From Acidobacteriota bacterium (lineage in GTDB: Bacteria; Acidobacteriota; UBA6911; RPQK01; DATIPO01), in the NCBI GenBank assembly GCA_035471925.1, contig DATIPO010000065.1:9340-73339 (forward strand): DNA of 64,000 nt, written 5' to 3'. Below are positions 54,407-63,449 of this stretch, piece by piece (the first letter of the stretch is position 1; the number at the start of each line of letters is the position of its first letter). Under the pieces are notes generated by a model, which saw only the letters and a program-made list of their open reading frames with translations, was not told the origin of the DNA and did not search any database. The translations under genes and the position numbers were made by a program.

Positions 54407-56830
54407 ATGTTGAGCAGTTTGAGAGGAGATCTGCGCTCTGCCTTTCGCCTGATGGCAGCCCACAAGGGCCTGATGGCGGTCATGGTCGTGGTGTTGGCCT
54501 TGGGCATCGGGCCCAATCTGGCCGTTTTCGCGGTCATGGACGCGGTCTTGCTCAAAAGCCTTCCTTATTCCCAACCCGACGCCTTGGCCGCCGTAGGACC
54601 TCCGCTGCTGGAGCTTTCGCCCGTCGAGCTGCTCGACTTGCGGCAACGAAGCCGGCTGGCCCGCTCCATAGCGGGATGGCAGCCGGTCGATTGGAGCCTC
54701 ACTCATCCTGGGGAACCAGCGGTCGTCCGGGGAGCGCGCGTAACCCCAAACCTCTTTGCCACATTGAAAGTCGAGACGGTCCTGGGTTCGGGCTTTGACG
54801 CCGAAGGGCCGGCGAGCGCAATGATTTCCGACCGCCTGTGGAGAAGCCGCTTTTCCGGCTTGGCCGATGTCCTGGGGCGCAGGCTGACAATCGAAGGACA
54901 ATCCTACCCGATCAGCGGCGTCATGCCTCCCGGATTCGCCTTGCCCGACGACATCGAAAGCGGTCAAAGGTCGGACGTTTGGCTGCCCATCGACATGCGC
55001 GCCGTGAGTCCGCGCAGCCGCGGCTTTAAAGACCTGCTGGTGGTGGCCCGTTTGAAAGAAGGCGTCTCCATGGCCTCCTTTCAGGCCGAAATCACAGCCA
55101 TCGCCCAGGACCTGCAGCGCGAGTTTCCTGATTGGTATCCGTCCGACAAGGCCTTCCAGATCCCGATCCTGCGGCTGCATGAGAAAACCCTGGGCCGGAC
55201 GCGTCCCGCCCTGCGCCTGCTCCTTGGCGGCGTGGGGCTGGTGTTGCTGATCGCCTGCGTCAATGCGGCCAACCTGTTGTTGATCCAGGCCCGGCGCAGT
55301 TACTCCGGATTGGCGCTGCGGCGGATCCTGGGTGCCAGCCGGGTGCGCCTGATGCGTCCGCTGGTCCTGCAAAGCCTGGCGGTGGCGCTGCTGGCAGGAG
55401 TCCTGGGCATGGCGATGGCCGAGGGGATGCTGGGCCTGATGCGGTTACTGGCTCCTGAAGGGGTTCCCCGCTTCGAAGCCATCCAAGTCAGCACGCGGGT
55501 CTTCGCTTTTGGCTTCCTCCTCTCGATGGCTGTAGGGCTGGTATTCGGCGTTTTGCCTGCTCTCAGGGTCTCAGGCTGGTTCAAGGGCGCGATGCCCCTG
55601 GCGGGACGGGGAACGCGGGGCATCCTGGGCGGCTTGCGGCTGCACCGCCAGGCCATTCTGGCCGAAAGCGCGCTGGCCATGATTCTGCTGGTGGGCGGCG
55701 GACTCATGGCCAAGAGCTTCTGGCTGCTGACCCGCGTCGAGGCGGGATTCGAATCGCGAGACACGCTGACCTTCGAGATCGCTTTGCCCAAGTCGCGCTA
55801 TCCCGAATCCCACCGGGTTTCGTCCTTTTTCAATGCTCTGGTGCAGCGGCTGGAAGGGCTTCCGGGCGTGATCTCGGGAGCGGCGGTGCGCAAGCTGCCG
55901 CTGCAGCACTCGGTGGGACGCTGGGAGAGCAGCGTCGCCGGCTCTCCCAAGGGCGACGAGAAGATACTGCCCCAATACCAAGTCATTACGCCGGGGTATT
56001 TCAAGACCCTGGGAATCCGTCTGGCTGAGGGACGCGACTTCAGGCCCACCGACGATGCCGAGGCTTCTGCTGTACTGATCGTCAACCGCTCGCTGGCAGC
56101 GGAGGCATGGCCGGGAGTCAGCGCCCTGGGTAAGCAGCTCAAGATGAGCGGCTCCAGCGAGTCTCCCTGGCTGCGTGTCGTGGGAGTGGTTGAGGACGTC
56201 CGCCATGCAGGCTTAGACGTCCCCGCCGGCCCGCGCATGTACCTGCCCCACAGTCAGTACCCCTCGTCATCGGTGATTGGAGGTCCGGTACGCCGCATGA
56301 CAGTGGTGCTGCGGGTCAAGGGGGCAGCGGACGACCTGGCCGGGCCGGTCAAGCAAGAGGTTCGGCGGCTGGATCCCGGCCTGCCCCTGCAGAGCGTCCG
56401 CAGCATGGACGAGGTCGTGAGCCGGTCGATTTCGCGTCCTCGCTTCCTTACCTCGCTGCTGGCCGCCTTCGGAACGACCGGACTGTTGCTGGCAGCTCTG
56501 GGGGTGTACAGCGTGGTCCTGCTCTCGACAACGCTGCGGCGTCACGAATTCGGAGTGAGGATGGCCGTGGGTGCCCGTCCCTGGGACGTCCTCAGGCTGA
56601 ACGCCGGGCAGGGGCTGCTTCTGACCCTGGCCGGGGCGGGCATCGGACTGCTCGGGGCATTGGCCTTGACCCGCCTTCTCTCAGGATTCCTCTTCGGCGT
56701 CTCTCCCCTCGACTGGAGCGTGATGACCGCCTGCTTCGCGCTGCTGACCGCCATCGGACTGGCCGCATCGGCCATTCCCGCCCTCCACTCAGCCCGCATC
56801 GACCCGATCTCTGTCCTGCGAAGCGAATAG
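54407..56830 (+). CDS. ABC-transporter permease, MacB-like duplicated FtsX (ADOP family)
   Basis: Internal ATG with RBS gagaaaggaggg. MLSSLRGDLRSAFRLMAAHKGLMAVMVVVLALGIGPNLAVFAV... is the typical permease N-terminus; two FtsX modules. Confidence 0.85.
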   Translation: MLSSLRGDLRSAFRLMAAHKGLMAVMVVVLALGIGPNLAVFAVMDAVLLKSLPYSQPDALAAVGPPLLELSPVELLDLRQRSRLARSIAGWQPVDWSLTHPGEPAVVRGARVTPNLFATLKVETVLGSGFDAEGPASAMISDRLWRSRFSGLADVLGRRLTIEGQSYPISGVMPPGFALPDDIESGQRSDVWLPIDMRAVSPRSRGFKDLLVVARLKEGVSMASFQAEITAIAQDLQREFPDWYPSDKAFQIPILRLHEKTLGRTRPALRLLLGGVGLVLLIACVNAANLLLIQARRSYSGLALRRILGASRVRLMRPLVLQSLAVALLAGVLGMAMAEGMLGLMRLLAPEGVPRFEAIQVSTRVFAFGFLLSMAVGLVFGVLPALRVSGWFKGAMPLAGRGTRGILGGLRLHRQAILAESALAMILLVGGGLMAKSFWLLTRVEAGFESRDTLTFEIALPKSRYPESHRVSSFFNALVQRLEGLPGVISGAAVRKLPLQHSVGRWESSVAGSPKGDEKILPQYQVITPGYFKTLGIRLAEGRDFRPTDDAEASAVLIVNRSLAAEAWPGVSALGKQLKMSGSSESPWLRVVGVVEDVRHAGLDVPAGPRMYLPHSQYPSSSVIGGPVRRMTVVLRVKGAADDLAGPVKQEVRRLDPGLPLQSVRSMDEVVSRSISRPRFLTSLLAAFGTTGLLLAALGVYSVVLLSTTLRRHEFGVRMAVGARPWDVLRLNAGQGLLLTLAGAGIGLLGALALTRLLSGFLFGVSPLDWSVMTACFALLTAIGLAASAIPALHSARIDPISVLRSE

Positions 56831-56851
56831 TCAAGGCTGGGGCTAGCTTAG

Positions 56852-57589
56852 CTAGCTGGCCTGCAGCTCCCCTTCCAGGCGCTGGCGCAGGCTCTCCATG
56901 TCGAGGAGCATCTTGCGTCCCTGATAGTCGAGCATTCCCAGCTTCTTGAATTCTGAGAGGATGGTCGAGATGTGAGGTCGGCAGCCGCCGATCATTTCCG
57001 CCAGACGCCGGTGGCTGATTGGAATGCTGAGTTTGAGAAGCCCCTTGTCGGCGTAAGTCGGCTGGCCGTGCAGGTCGCCCAGCTTGAGGAGGGTCTTGGC
57101 CACCCTCTGGCGAGCTTCCAGAGATCCGTCCTGCAGGTCGCTGCGGGCCTCCCACAGCCGCTGGGTCAGGATGCGGATGAGGTTGAGCGAAAGAGCCGGC
57201 CTGAGCTGCATCAGTTCCAGCAGCTTGTGGCGCGGCAGAAGCGAGGCCCAGCATTCCTGGTAGGCGGTGGCGGTGGCTTGGTAAGCCGTGGTGCGACCCA
57301 GTATTTCCTCCCCGAAGACCTCGCCCCCTTTGAGAATGCGCAGGACTTTGGGACGCGGCTTGCGTCCCACCGAAAGCTGGACGTATCCGCGGTTGAGGAT
57401 GTACAGGTGCTGGACCGGATCGCCTTCTCGGAAGATGTGGCTGCCTTCGGGGTAGATTCGATCGCTACAGGCTCTGCCCACGGTTTCGATCTCCTCGGTG
57501 GAAATCTCCCACACCAAAGTGGATCGCTTGAGGTGCCACATTCGGTCGGCACTCCTCAGCGGGCGTTCTTGAGTTGCGGCTTCAGCCAT
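56852..57589 (-). CDS. Crp/Fnr-family transcriptional regulator (cNMP-binding domain plus HTH)
   Basis: IFREGDPVQHLYILNRGYVQL...GEEIL is a cNMP fold; C-terminal HTH RRLAEMIGGCRPHISTILSEFKKLGML. Start at the internal ATG. Confidence 0.8.
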   Translation of the reverse strand: MAEAATQERPLRSADRMWHLKRSTLVWEISTEEIETVGRACSDRIYPEGSHIFREGDPVQHLYILNRGYVQLSVGRKPRPKVLRILKGGEVFGEEILGRTTAYQATATAYQECWASLLPRHKLLELMQLRPALSLNLIRILTQRLWEARSDLQDGSLEARQRVAKTLLKLGDLHGQPTYADKGLLKLSIPISHRRLAEMIGGCRPHISTILSEFKKLGMLDYQGRKMLLDMESLRQRLEGELQAS

Positions 57590-58268
57590 GGTTTCTCTCC
57601 TTCCCGGAACGGGCAGCCAATGATGCCAGGACTCCACCAGCCGGGACGGCCGGCGCCGGACCCAGCCGGCGCTCCTTGAGTTCGGAGCGGATGAAAACTC
57701 GGGCCCGATGTACCCGGCTCTTGATCGTAGATTTCGGAAGTCCGAGGGCTTGGCAGACTTCGGACTCCGAGAGCTTCTCCAGATCTTTGAGGACGTAAGG
57801 GAGCCGGTAGGTTTCGGGCAATTCGGCGATCAGCTTGCGCACCTGATCGGCCAGCTCGCGACGCAGCAAGGCCGTTTCCGGCATCCGGCTCCAGTCGCGG
57901 ACGGCGGAGGGGTGCCGGGCGCAGGCATCGGGCAGCCTGGAGTCGACATCCACCAGCGGAGTCCTGCGCTTCTTCCTCAGCCTCGATAGGGCCAGATTGG
58001 TGGCGATGCGGTAGAGCCAGGTCGAAAGCGAAGCCTGGCCCCGGAAGCTTGAGATCGACTGGAAGGCCTTAAGGAACGTCTCCTGAACACAGTCCTCGGC
58101 ATCTTGAGCATTGCGCAGGATGCGCATGGCTACGCCCTGAAGTCGATGGCCATGACAGCTCACCAACTCGTCAAAGGCCTGGGATGAACGGCGCTTCAGC
58201 CGCTCGACCAGGATCTGCTCGCGGTCATCGGGGTGGAATTTTCGACTCTCGTCGTCTCGTTTCTCCAT
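57582..58268 (-). CDS. ECF-type RNA polymerase sigma-70 factor
   Basis: Region 2 (FDELVSCHGHRLQGVAMRIL...VQETFLKAFQSISSF) and region 4 (LPETYRLPYVLKDLEKLSESEVCQALGLPKSTIKSRVHRAR). Confidence 0.85.
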   Translation of the reverse strand: MEKRDDESRKFHPDDREQILVERLKRRSSQAFDELVSCHGHRLQGVAMRILRNAQDAEDCVQETFLKAFQSISSFRGQASLSTWLYRIATNLALSRLRKKRRTPLVDVDSRLPDACARHPSAVRDWSRMPETALLRRELADQVRKLIAELPETYRLPYVLKDLEKLSESEVCQALGLPKSTIKSRVHRARVFIRSELKERRLGPAPAVPAGGVLASLAARSGKERNHG

Positions 58269-58501
58269 GAGGCTCTCTCCTATGAGTCCTGCCTACATGG
58301 AGAGCTTAAACCGGTGAAAAAGAAAGTGGTATCAGCGAAAGACCACTTGCCTTATAGTATTTTCACTCCCGGGCTATAGGGATTTGTCCTACAAGACTCA
58401 GCGTCGCTCCTACAGGATCAACAGGCGCTCGGAAGCCTCGGCTGGGGGGATTCCTTGAGGAATCGACGCCCGAACATGGATGGTGCAGTCAATCGAGGCG
58501 G

Positions 58502-59137
58502 TCAATCGACCAGACCGTGCTTGAGGGCGTATCGGGCCAGTTCGACATTGTTTCTCAGATCCATCTTCTCCAGGATGCGGGTGCGGTAGGTGCTGATGGT
58601 CTTGATGCTCAGGGACAGTTCGTCGGCGATTTCCGAGACGGTCTTGCCCGAGGCCAGCAGGCAAAGCACCTGGTATTCGCGGTCGGAGAGCGATTCGTGG
58701 GGGAACTGGGCTTCGCTTCCCAAGTCGATGGCCAGCTTTTCGGCCAAGGTCGGACTCACGTACTTCCTGCCCCCAACCACCTTGCGGATGGCCTTGACCA
58801 GTTGCGAGGGTGCGCTTTCTTTGGTCAGGTATCCTGCCGCTCCAGCCCGCAGGACGCGCGTGGCGTACTGGTCCTCTGGGTACATGCTGATGACCAGCAC
58901 GGGCAGCGAGGGGTAATGGGTCTTGATCTGCTGAAGAATCTCCAAGCCACCGCGTCCCGGCATATTGATGTCCAGCAGAACCACGTCCGGACGTTTGGCG
59001 GCCAAGCGGTCGAGAACTTCCTGGCTGGTGCCGGCCTCGGCGGCCACGAGCATGCCGGAGTCCTTCTCGATCACCCTCTTGAGGCCTTCCCGAACCACCG
59101 GATGGTCATCCGCTACCAGAACTTTGATCATGTTCAC
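58502..59137 (-). CDS. NarL/FixJ-family response regulator (REC plus LuxR HTH)
   Basis: KVLVADDHPVVREG...DVVLLDINMPG is a receiver domain; C-terminal LSDREYQVLCLLASGKTVSEIADELSLSIKTISTYR. Confidence 0.9.
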   Translation of the reverse strand: MNMIKVLVADDHPVVREGLKRVIEKDSGMLVAAEAGTSQEVLDRLAAKRPDVVLLDINMPGRGGLEILQQIKTHYPSLPVLVISMYPEDQYATRVLRAGAAGYLTKESAPSQLVKAIRKVVGGRKYVSPTLAEKLAIDLGSEAQFPHESLSDREYQVLCLLASGKTVSEIADELSLSIKTISTYRTRILEKMDLRNNVELARYALKHGLVD

Positions 59138-61506
59138 TTAGCCTGTTGCCGGACGCCAGCTTCGAGAGGAACCCGTAGTGAGACGGTTGTGCCGGCGCCG
59201 GCTTGTCCGGCAATTTCGACTTGGCCGCCCAGCAGTAGTGCCCGTTCGCGCATTCCCAGAATTCCGAAGGTATGAGTTCCACCGCTTTGCCCGGCCTCGA
59301 TGCCCTTTCCGTTATCGCGCACGTTCAGCACCAGATTTCCCCCGGCCTCTCCAAGCTTGACCTCGACTTGGGTGGCCTCGGCGTGCCGGGCGACGTTGGT
59401 TAAAGCTTCCTGGAAGATTCGGAAGACGGCGGTGGCGCGGGCCTGATCGAGTTCGATCTCATGAGCGCTGCAATCCAGTTGGCAATCGATCTTGGTGCGC
59501 TCCTGGAACTCCTGGGCCTGCCATTCCACGGCGGCCGCCAACCCCAAGTCGTCGAGGACCGCCGGCCTCAAAGCCGTCAGGATGCCGCGTACAGAGCGGA
59601 TGGTCTCGTCCACCAGATTCGTCATGCCGCGCGTGTGGGCGGAAAGAGCCTCTTGATCCTCGGCCAGCTCTTCTTCCATCCAGGACAAGTCGAGCTTGAG
59701 AGCCGTCAAGGCTTGACCCAGTTCGTCGTGGATCTCCCGGGCAATCTGCTTTCGTTCTTCTTCGCGGGCTGAAACCAGGTGACGGGAGAGGCGCCGCAGC
59801 TCCTCGTGCGAAGTCCGCAGCTCGGCTTCGGCTTTCCTGCGTTCGGTGATGTCGCGCTGCTGGGCTACCAGGTAAAGGGGCTGGCCATCGCGGTCGCGGA
59901 CCACCGAGGCGGCCACATAGGCCCAGCGCACGTGGCCCTCCTTATGGATGTAGCGTTTCTCCAGGCGGAAGGAATCGAATTCGCCCTCCAGGGCCCGCTG
60001 AGTCTGGTCGCGCCCGATGTCGAGGTCATCGGGATGGGTCACGTCTTGAAAGCTCTTGCGGGTGAGTTCTTCAGCGCTGTATCCCAGCATGTCGCAGAGG
60101 GCGCGGTTGACTCTTTGGAATCTGAATTCCGGCGTCACCACCGACATTCCGATGGTGGCGTGCTCGAAGGCGCTGCGGAAGCGGGCCTCGCTCTCGCGCA
60201 GCTTGGCTTCCACTCTGCGGCGTTCTTCGACCTGCTCTTTGAGGGCTTGGTTGGCTTTGGAGAGCTGGGCTGTCCTCTTCTCGACGCGGGCTTCCAGCAG
60301 TTCGTAGGATTCCTTGAGTTCGGCTTCGGCCCGCTTGCGCTGGCCCTCCAGCGCGGCTTCACGCTCCATCCGCCGGTAGTTGTCGAAGAGCAGCCCCAGT
60401 GCGTTGGTGAGAACGGCGATCTTTCGCTGGTCTCCGCTTTGATACCCGCCGGGACGGTTGGCCACGCCGATCATTCCCACCACGTCGCCGCCCTTGACGG
60501 CCGGCACGCCCAGGAAGCTGTTGAGCGGCGGATGCCCGGCCGGCACTCCGGTCGCTTTGGGGTGCTTGGCGGGGGCGTTGGACAGGACCACCTCACCGTG
60601 GGTGGCGACCCGGCCGGCCAAGTTATCCATCTTTGCGAAAGGAATGTAGCCCCGCTTCTTGAGTTCCCGGTGGGCCGAGTCGTAGATGTCGCGATTGACC
60701 ACCTTGTCCCATTTGAAGCCCTTGTGGTCCAGGATGCGCAGGTCCGGACCCTTCGCAACGACCGCCACAAAGCCGTATTCGCTTTGGGTTTGACGCAGTG
60801 CCTCATCCAGGATCGACCCGACGGCTTGGCGCAGGTCGCCCGTTTCAAGGTAGCCCATCATGGCGTCGGTGATGGACTGCAGTTGGGCGGTCTTCTCCTC
60901 CAGCGCCTTTTCGGTCCGCTTGAGCTCGGAGATGTCCTGGATCTGGGCCAGGCAGCGGAGAGGCTTGTCGTCGGCGTCCCGCACCAAGGTTGCGCTCAAC
61001 AAGGCCCACACGGCGTGACCGTCTTTGTGCAGGTAGCGTTTTTCCTGGCGGAAGCTGTCGATTTCACCGGCCAGCATGCGCTTGACGAGCTTGCGTCCCG
61101 GAGCGATGTCGTCAGGGTGAGTGATGTCGGCAAAGGTCTTGCCCAGGAGTTCTTCTTCGCAGTAGCCGAGCATCTTGCAGAAGGAGGGATTGACCCGAAT
61201 CAGGTGGCTGTCCAGGCTCATCACGGCTCGGCCCATCACCGTCAGCATGAAGTCGCTGGGTGAGGTTTCCTCCGATACCGGAACCTGGGGCGTCGCTTTG
61301 CTCATCGTCCTCAAGTATAGAACGGGGCCTGCCGCCATGCTTGTCGGAGACTTGCCCTTTCTCGTGTGGTCGATTGTCCTACACAGGGCGTTGGGAGATG
61401 CGGAAAAGCAGTCGCGCGGAGCCTCGAGAGGCCCTTTGAGCTCCGTGCGGGCGGCAATCTGGGCTAATCGCGCCTTTTTGCTGTTTAGTCCGATTTCTGA
61501 CCACAA
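59134..61506 (-). CDS. PAS/GAF multi-sensor histidine kinase (HisKA_3 plus HATPase), partner of the NarL-type regulator
   Basis: Two PAS domains and a GAF domain. HisKA_3 H-box REIHDELGQALTALKLDLSWM and a C-terminal ATPase domain. The true start is probably internal (ATG at 61338 or 61305). 4-nt overlap with the regulator gene. Confidence 0.85.
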   Translation of the reverse strand: MWSEIGLNSKKARLAQIAARTELKGPLEAPRDCFSASPNALCRTIDHTRKGKSPTSMAAGPVLYLRTMSKATPQVPVSEETSPSDFMLTVMGRAVMSLDSHLIRVNPSFCKMLGYCEEELLGKTFADITHPDDIAPGRKLVKRMLAGEIDSFRQEKRYLHKDGHAVWALLSATLVRDADDKPLRCLAQIQDISELKRTEKALEEKTAQLQSITDAMMGYLETGDLRQAVGSILDEALRQTQSEYGFVAVVAKGPDLRILDHKGFKWDKVVNRDIYDSAHRELKKRGYIPFAKMDNLAGRVATHGEVVLSNAPAKHPKATGVPAGHPPLNSFLGVPAVKGGDVVGMIGVANRPGGYQSGDQRKIAVLTNALGLLFDNYRRMEREAALEGQRKRAEAELKESYELLEARVEKRTAQLSKANQALKEQVEERRRVEAKLRESEARFRSAFEHATIGMSVVTPEFRFQRVNRALCDMLGYSAEELTRKSFQDVTHPDDLDIGRDQTQRALEGEFDSFRLEKRYIHKEGHVRWAYVAASVVRDRDGQPLYLVAQQRDITERRKAEAELRTSHEELRRLSRHLVSAREEERKQIAREIHDELGQALTALKLDLSWMEEELAEDQEALSAHTRGMTNLVDETIRSVRGILTALRPAVLDDLGLAAAVEWQAQEFQERTKIDCQLDCSAHEIELDQARATAVFRIFQEALTNVARHAEATQVEVKLGEAGGNLVLNVRDNGKGIEAGQSGGTHTFGILGMRERALLLGGQVEIAGQAGAGTTVSLRVPLEAGVRQQAK

Positions 61507-61636
61507 GTCTCAGTCCGCGAAACGCTCATCTATCTGCCGAGTCCAAGGGGGCGTCCGATGCCGAAAGCGCAGCGGATGGCTGACAGGAACGGGGCGCTCC
61601 AAGTGGAGTTGCCCCTCCAAACCAAGGAGATGAACG

Positions 61637-62251
61637 ATGAAACTGTATAGCAAGTACCGAAACCAAACCCTCCTCCTCTTTGTCCTGATCTTGGGCTTCT
61701 CGGTGGCGGGCCTTTTGACCGCGGCGGCGGGACCCGCCTTTCAGGAAAAGCTGGTCTTCAACGGCGACAACGAACTGCAGCGCCCCGATTTCAGCTTTCG
61801 CAACTGGCGTTACATCGGAACGCCGGTGACGCCCAACGACCTGAATTCTGGAAAGGCCCCGTTTCCGGAATTCCACAACGTTTACATCCATCCTGATGAC
61901 TACGACTACTACGCCCGCACCGGCAAGTTCCGCGACGGGACAGCCCTCATCAAGGAGCTGGTGAGCGTCAGCTCCAAGCAGGCGCCCAGCGGCAACGGCT
62001 ACTTCATGGGCGATTTCATCGGCCTCGAGGTGGCGGTCAAGGACTCCAGGCGTTTTCCCGATGAGCCCGGATACTGGGCCTACTTCAGTTACGGCCACAG
62101 TTATCCCCTGAAGGAGAAGGCGGCCGCCCAACCCACGGATACCTGCAATGCCTGCCACCAGGCCAATGCGGCCGACGATTGGGTGTTCAGCCAATACTAT
62201 CCGGTCCTGCGGGCCGCCAAGACCGTCCCGATGGGCGGCGGAAGCCAGTAA
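61637..62251 (+). CDS. cytochrome P460 / cytochrome c'-beta family protein (periplasmic)
   Basis: Signal peptide, RBS aaggag, C-terminal heme-binding CNACH and FRNWRYIG...YYARTGKFRDGTALIKE conservation. Paralogous to the next gene. Confidence 0.7.
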   Translation: MKLYSKYRNQTLLLFVLILGFSVAGLLTAAAGPAFQEKLVFNGDNELQRPDFSFRNWRYIGTPVTPNDLNSGKAPFPEFHNVYIHPDDYDYYARTGKFRDGTALIKELVSVSSKQAPSGNGYFMGDFIGLEVAVKDSRRFPDEPGYWAYFSYGHSYPLKEKAAAQPTDTCNACHQANAADDWVFSQYYPVLRAAKTVPMGGGSQ

Positions 62252-62291
62252 ACCCTGAAGTTGGCTCCAATCCGAGGCTAAGGAGAAGCTC

Positions 62292-63446
62292 GTGATGAAC
62301 AGAATGGTCCTATTAGCATTCATATTGACTCTGGGCGCGGGGGCCGTTCTCTCCGGCCTGCAGGTTGAACCCTTCTCGCCCTGGGCCGACGCCCAGGGCA
62401 ATATCCGCCTTCCTGAGGAATTTCGGACCACCTGGTCACATTTGGGTGACTGGGTGGTCCCCGAGGAGGGCGGACTGTCCTTCCACGAAGTCTATGCCTC
62501 ACCCGAGACGGTGGACTACTACAAGCGGCACCGGCAGTTCCCGGACGGTGCCGTCCTGGTCAAGGAGGTTCGCAGCAGCAGCTCGGCCCAGATGACCACC
62601 GGGCGGGCCTCCTGGGCGTCCGACAACCAGATCTGGTTTGTGATGATCAAGGACGCCCACAACCGCTTCCCCGACAATCCGCTGTGGGGGGACGGATGGG
62701 GCTGGGCCCTGTTCGCGGCCGAGGATCCTCAGGTCAACGTGACCAAAGACTACCGCCAGGAGTGCCTCCCTTGCCACTTGCCCGCCAAAGAGCATGACTG
62801 GGTTTACGTGGAGGGCTATCCAACCCTCAAGCCCGCCCCTGCGGCTGCAGGCATGAACGCGTCTCACGCGGGCGGCATGGGTTCCGGGGCGATGAGTACC
62901 TCCCATGCGGGCTCTGCCGGCGGGACCGGGGCGATGAGTGTCCCCCAGGAGGGAGAGGCGAACGAGTCGGATATGAGCGCTTCCCACGCGGGCGATCATG
63001 GGGCCGGGCCGCCAAGTGTCTCCCAGGAGCGAGAAGCCGGTGCGCCGGATATGAGCGTTGGCCAGCCGGGTCCTGCCGAAGCGGCTGGGTCGATAAGTGC
63101 GTCTCAGGAGGGCAACTCTGACGCTCCGGGGCCAAGGAACAGGCTGCCTTCCAATGCGGGTCCCCGCAAGGAGTCCGCTGCCAGCGACGACGTGCCCGAG
63201 AACAGCGTCAGGATGAACATGTTGGCCTATAGTCCCCAGACCTTGACGGTGAAGGTCGGGACCACAGTGACCTGGATCAACGAGGATCCTTTCCCCCACA
63301 CGGCCACGGCCGACGACGGCAGTTTCGACACGGGGACCATCGCGTCCAAACAGAGAGCTTCCGTCACATTCAACGACCCCGGAACCTTCCCTTACACCTG
63401 CACCCCGCACCCCTTCATGAAGGGAACCATCAAGGTCGTCGAATAA
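62292..63446 (+). CDS. cytochrome P460-like domain fused through a Met/His-rich linker to an amicyanin-like type-1 copper (cupredoxin) domain
   Basis: Signal peptide, CLPCH heme motif, repeats MSxSHAG, and a C-terminal TWINEDPFPHT...YTCTPHPFMKGTIKVVE (His...Cys-x2-His-x2-Met blue-copper ligand set). Confidence 0.7.
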   Translation: MMNRMVLLAFILTLGAGAVLSGLQVEPFSPWADAQGNIRLPEEFRTTWSHLGDWVVPEEGGLSFHEVYASPETVDYYKRHRQFPDGAVLVKEVRSSSSAQMTTGRASWASDNQIWFVMIKDAHNRFPDNPLWGDGWGWALFAAEDPQVNVTKDYRQECLPCHLPAKEHDWVYVEGYPTLKPAPAAAGMNASHAGGMGSGAMSTSHAGSAGGTGAMSVPQEGEANESDMSASHAGDHGAGPPSVSQEREAGAPDMSVGQPGPAEAAGSISASQEGNSDAPGPRNRLPSNAGPRKESAASDDVPENSVRMNMLAYSPQTLTVKVGTTVTWINEDPFPHTATADDGSFDTGTIASKQRASVTFNDPGTFPYTCTPHPFMKGTIKVVE

Positions 63447-63449
63447 CCG

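Noticed and set aside
59178-61263. Plus-strand ORFs (59779..61263 and others) inside the histidine kinase region
   Set aside because: Antisense to a kinase with PAS/GAF/HisKA_3/ATPase motifs in order. No motifs of their own.
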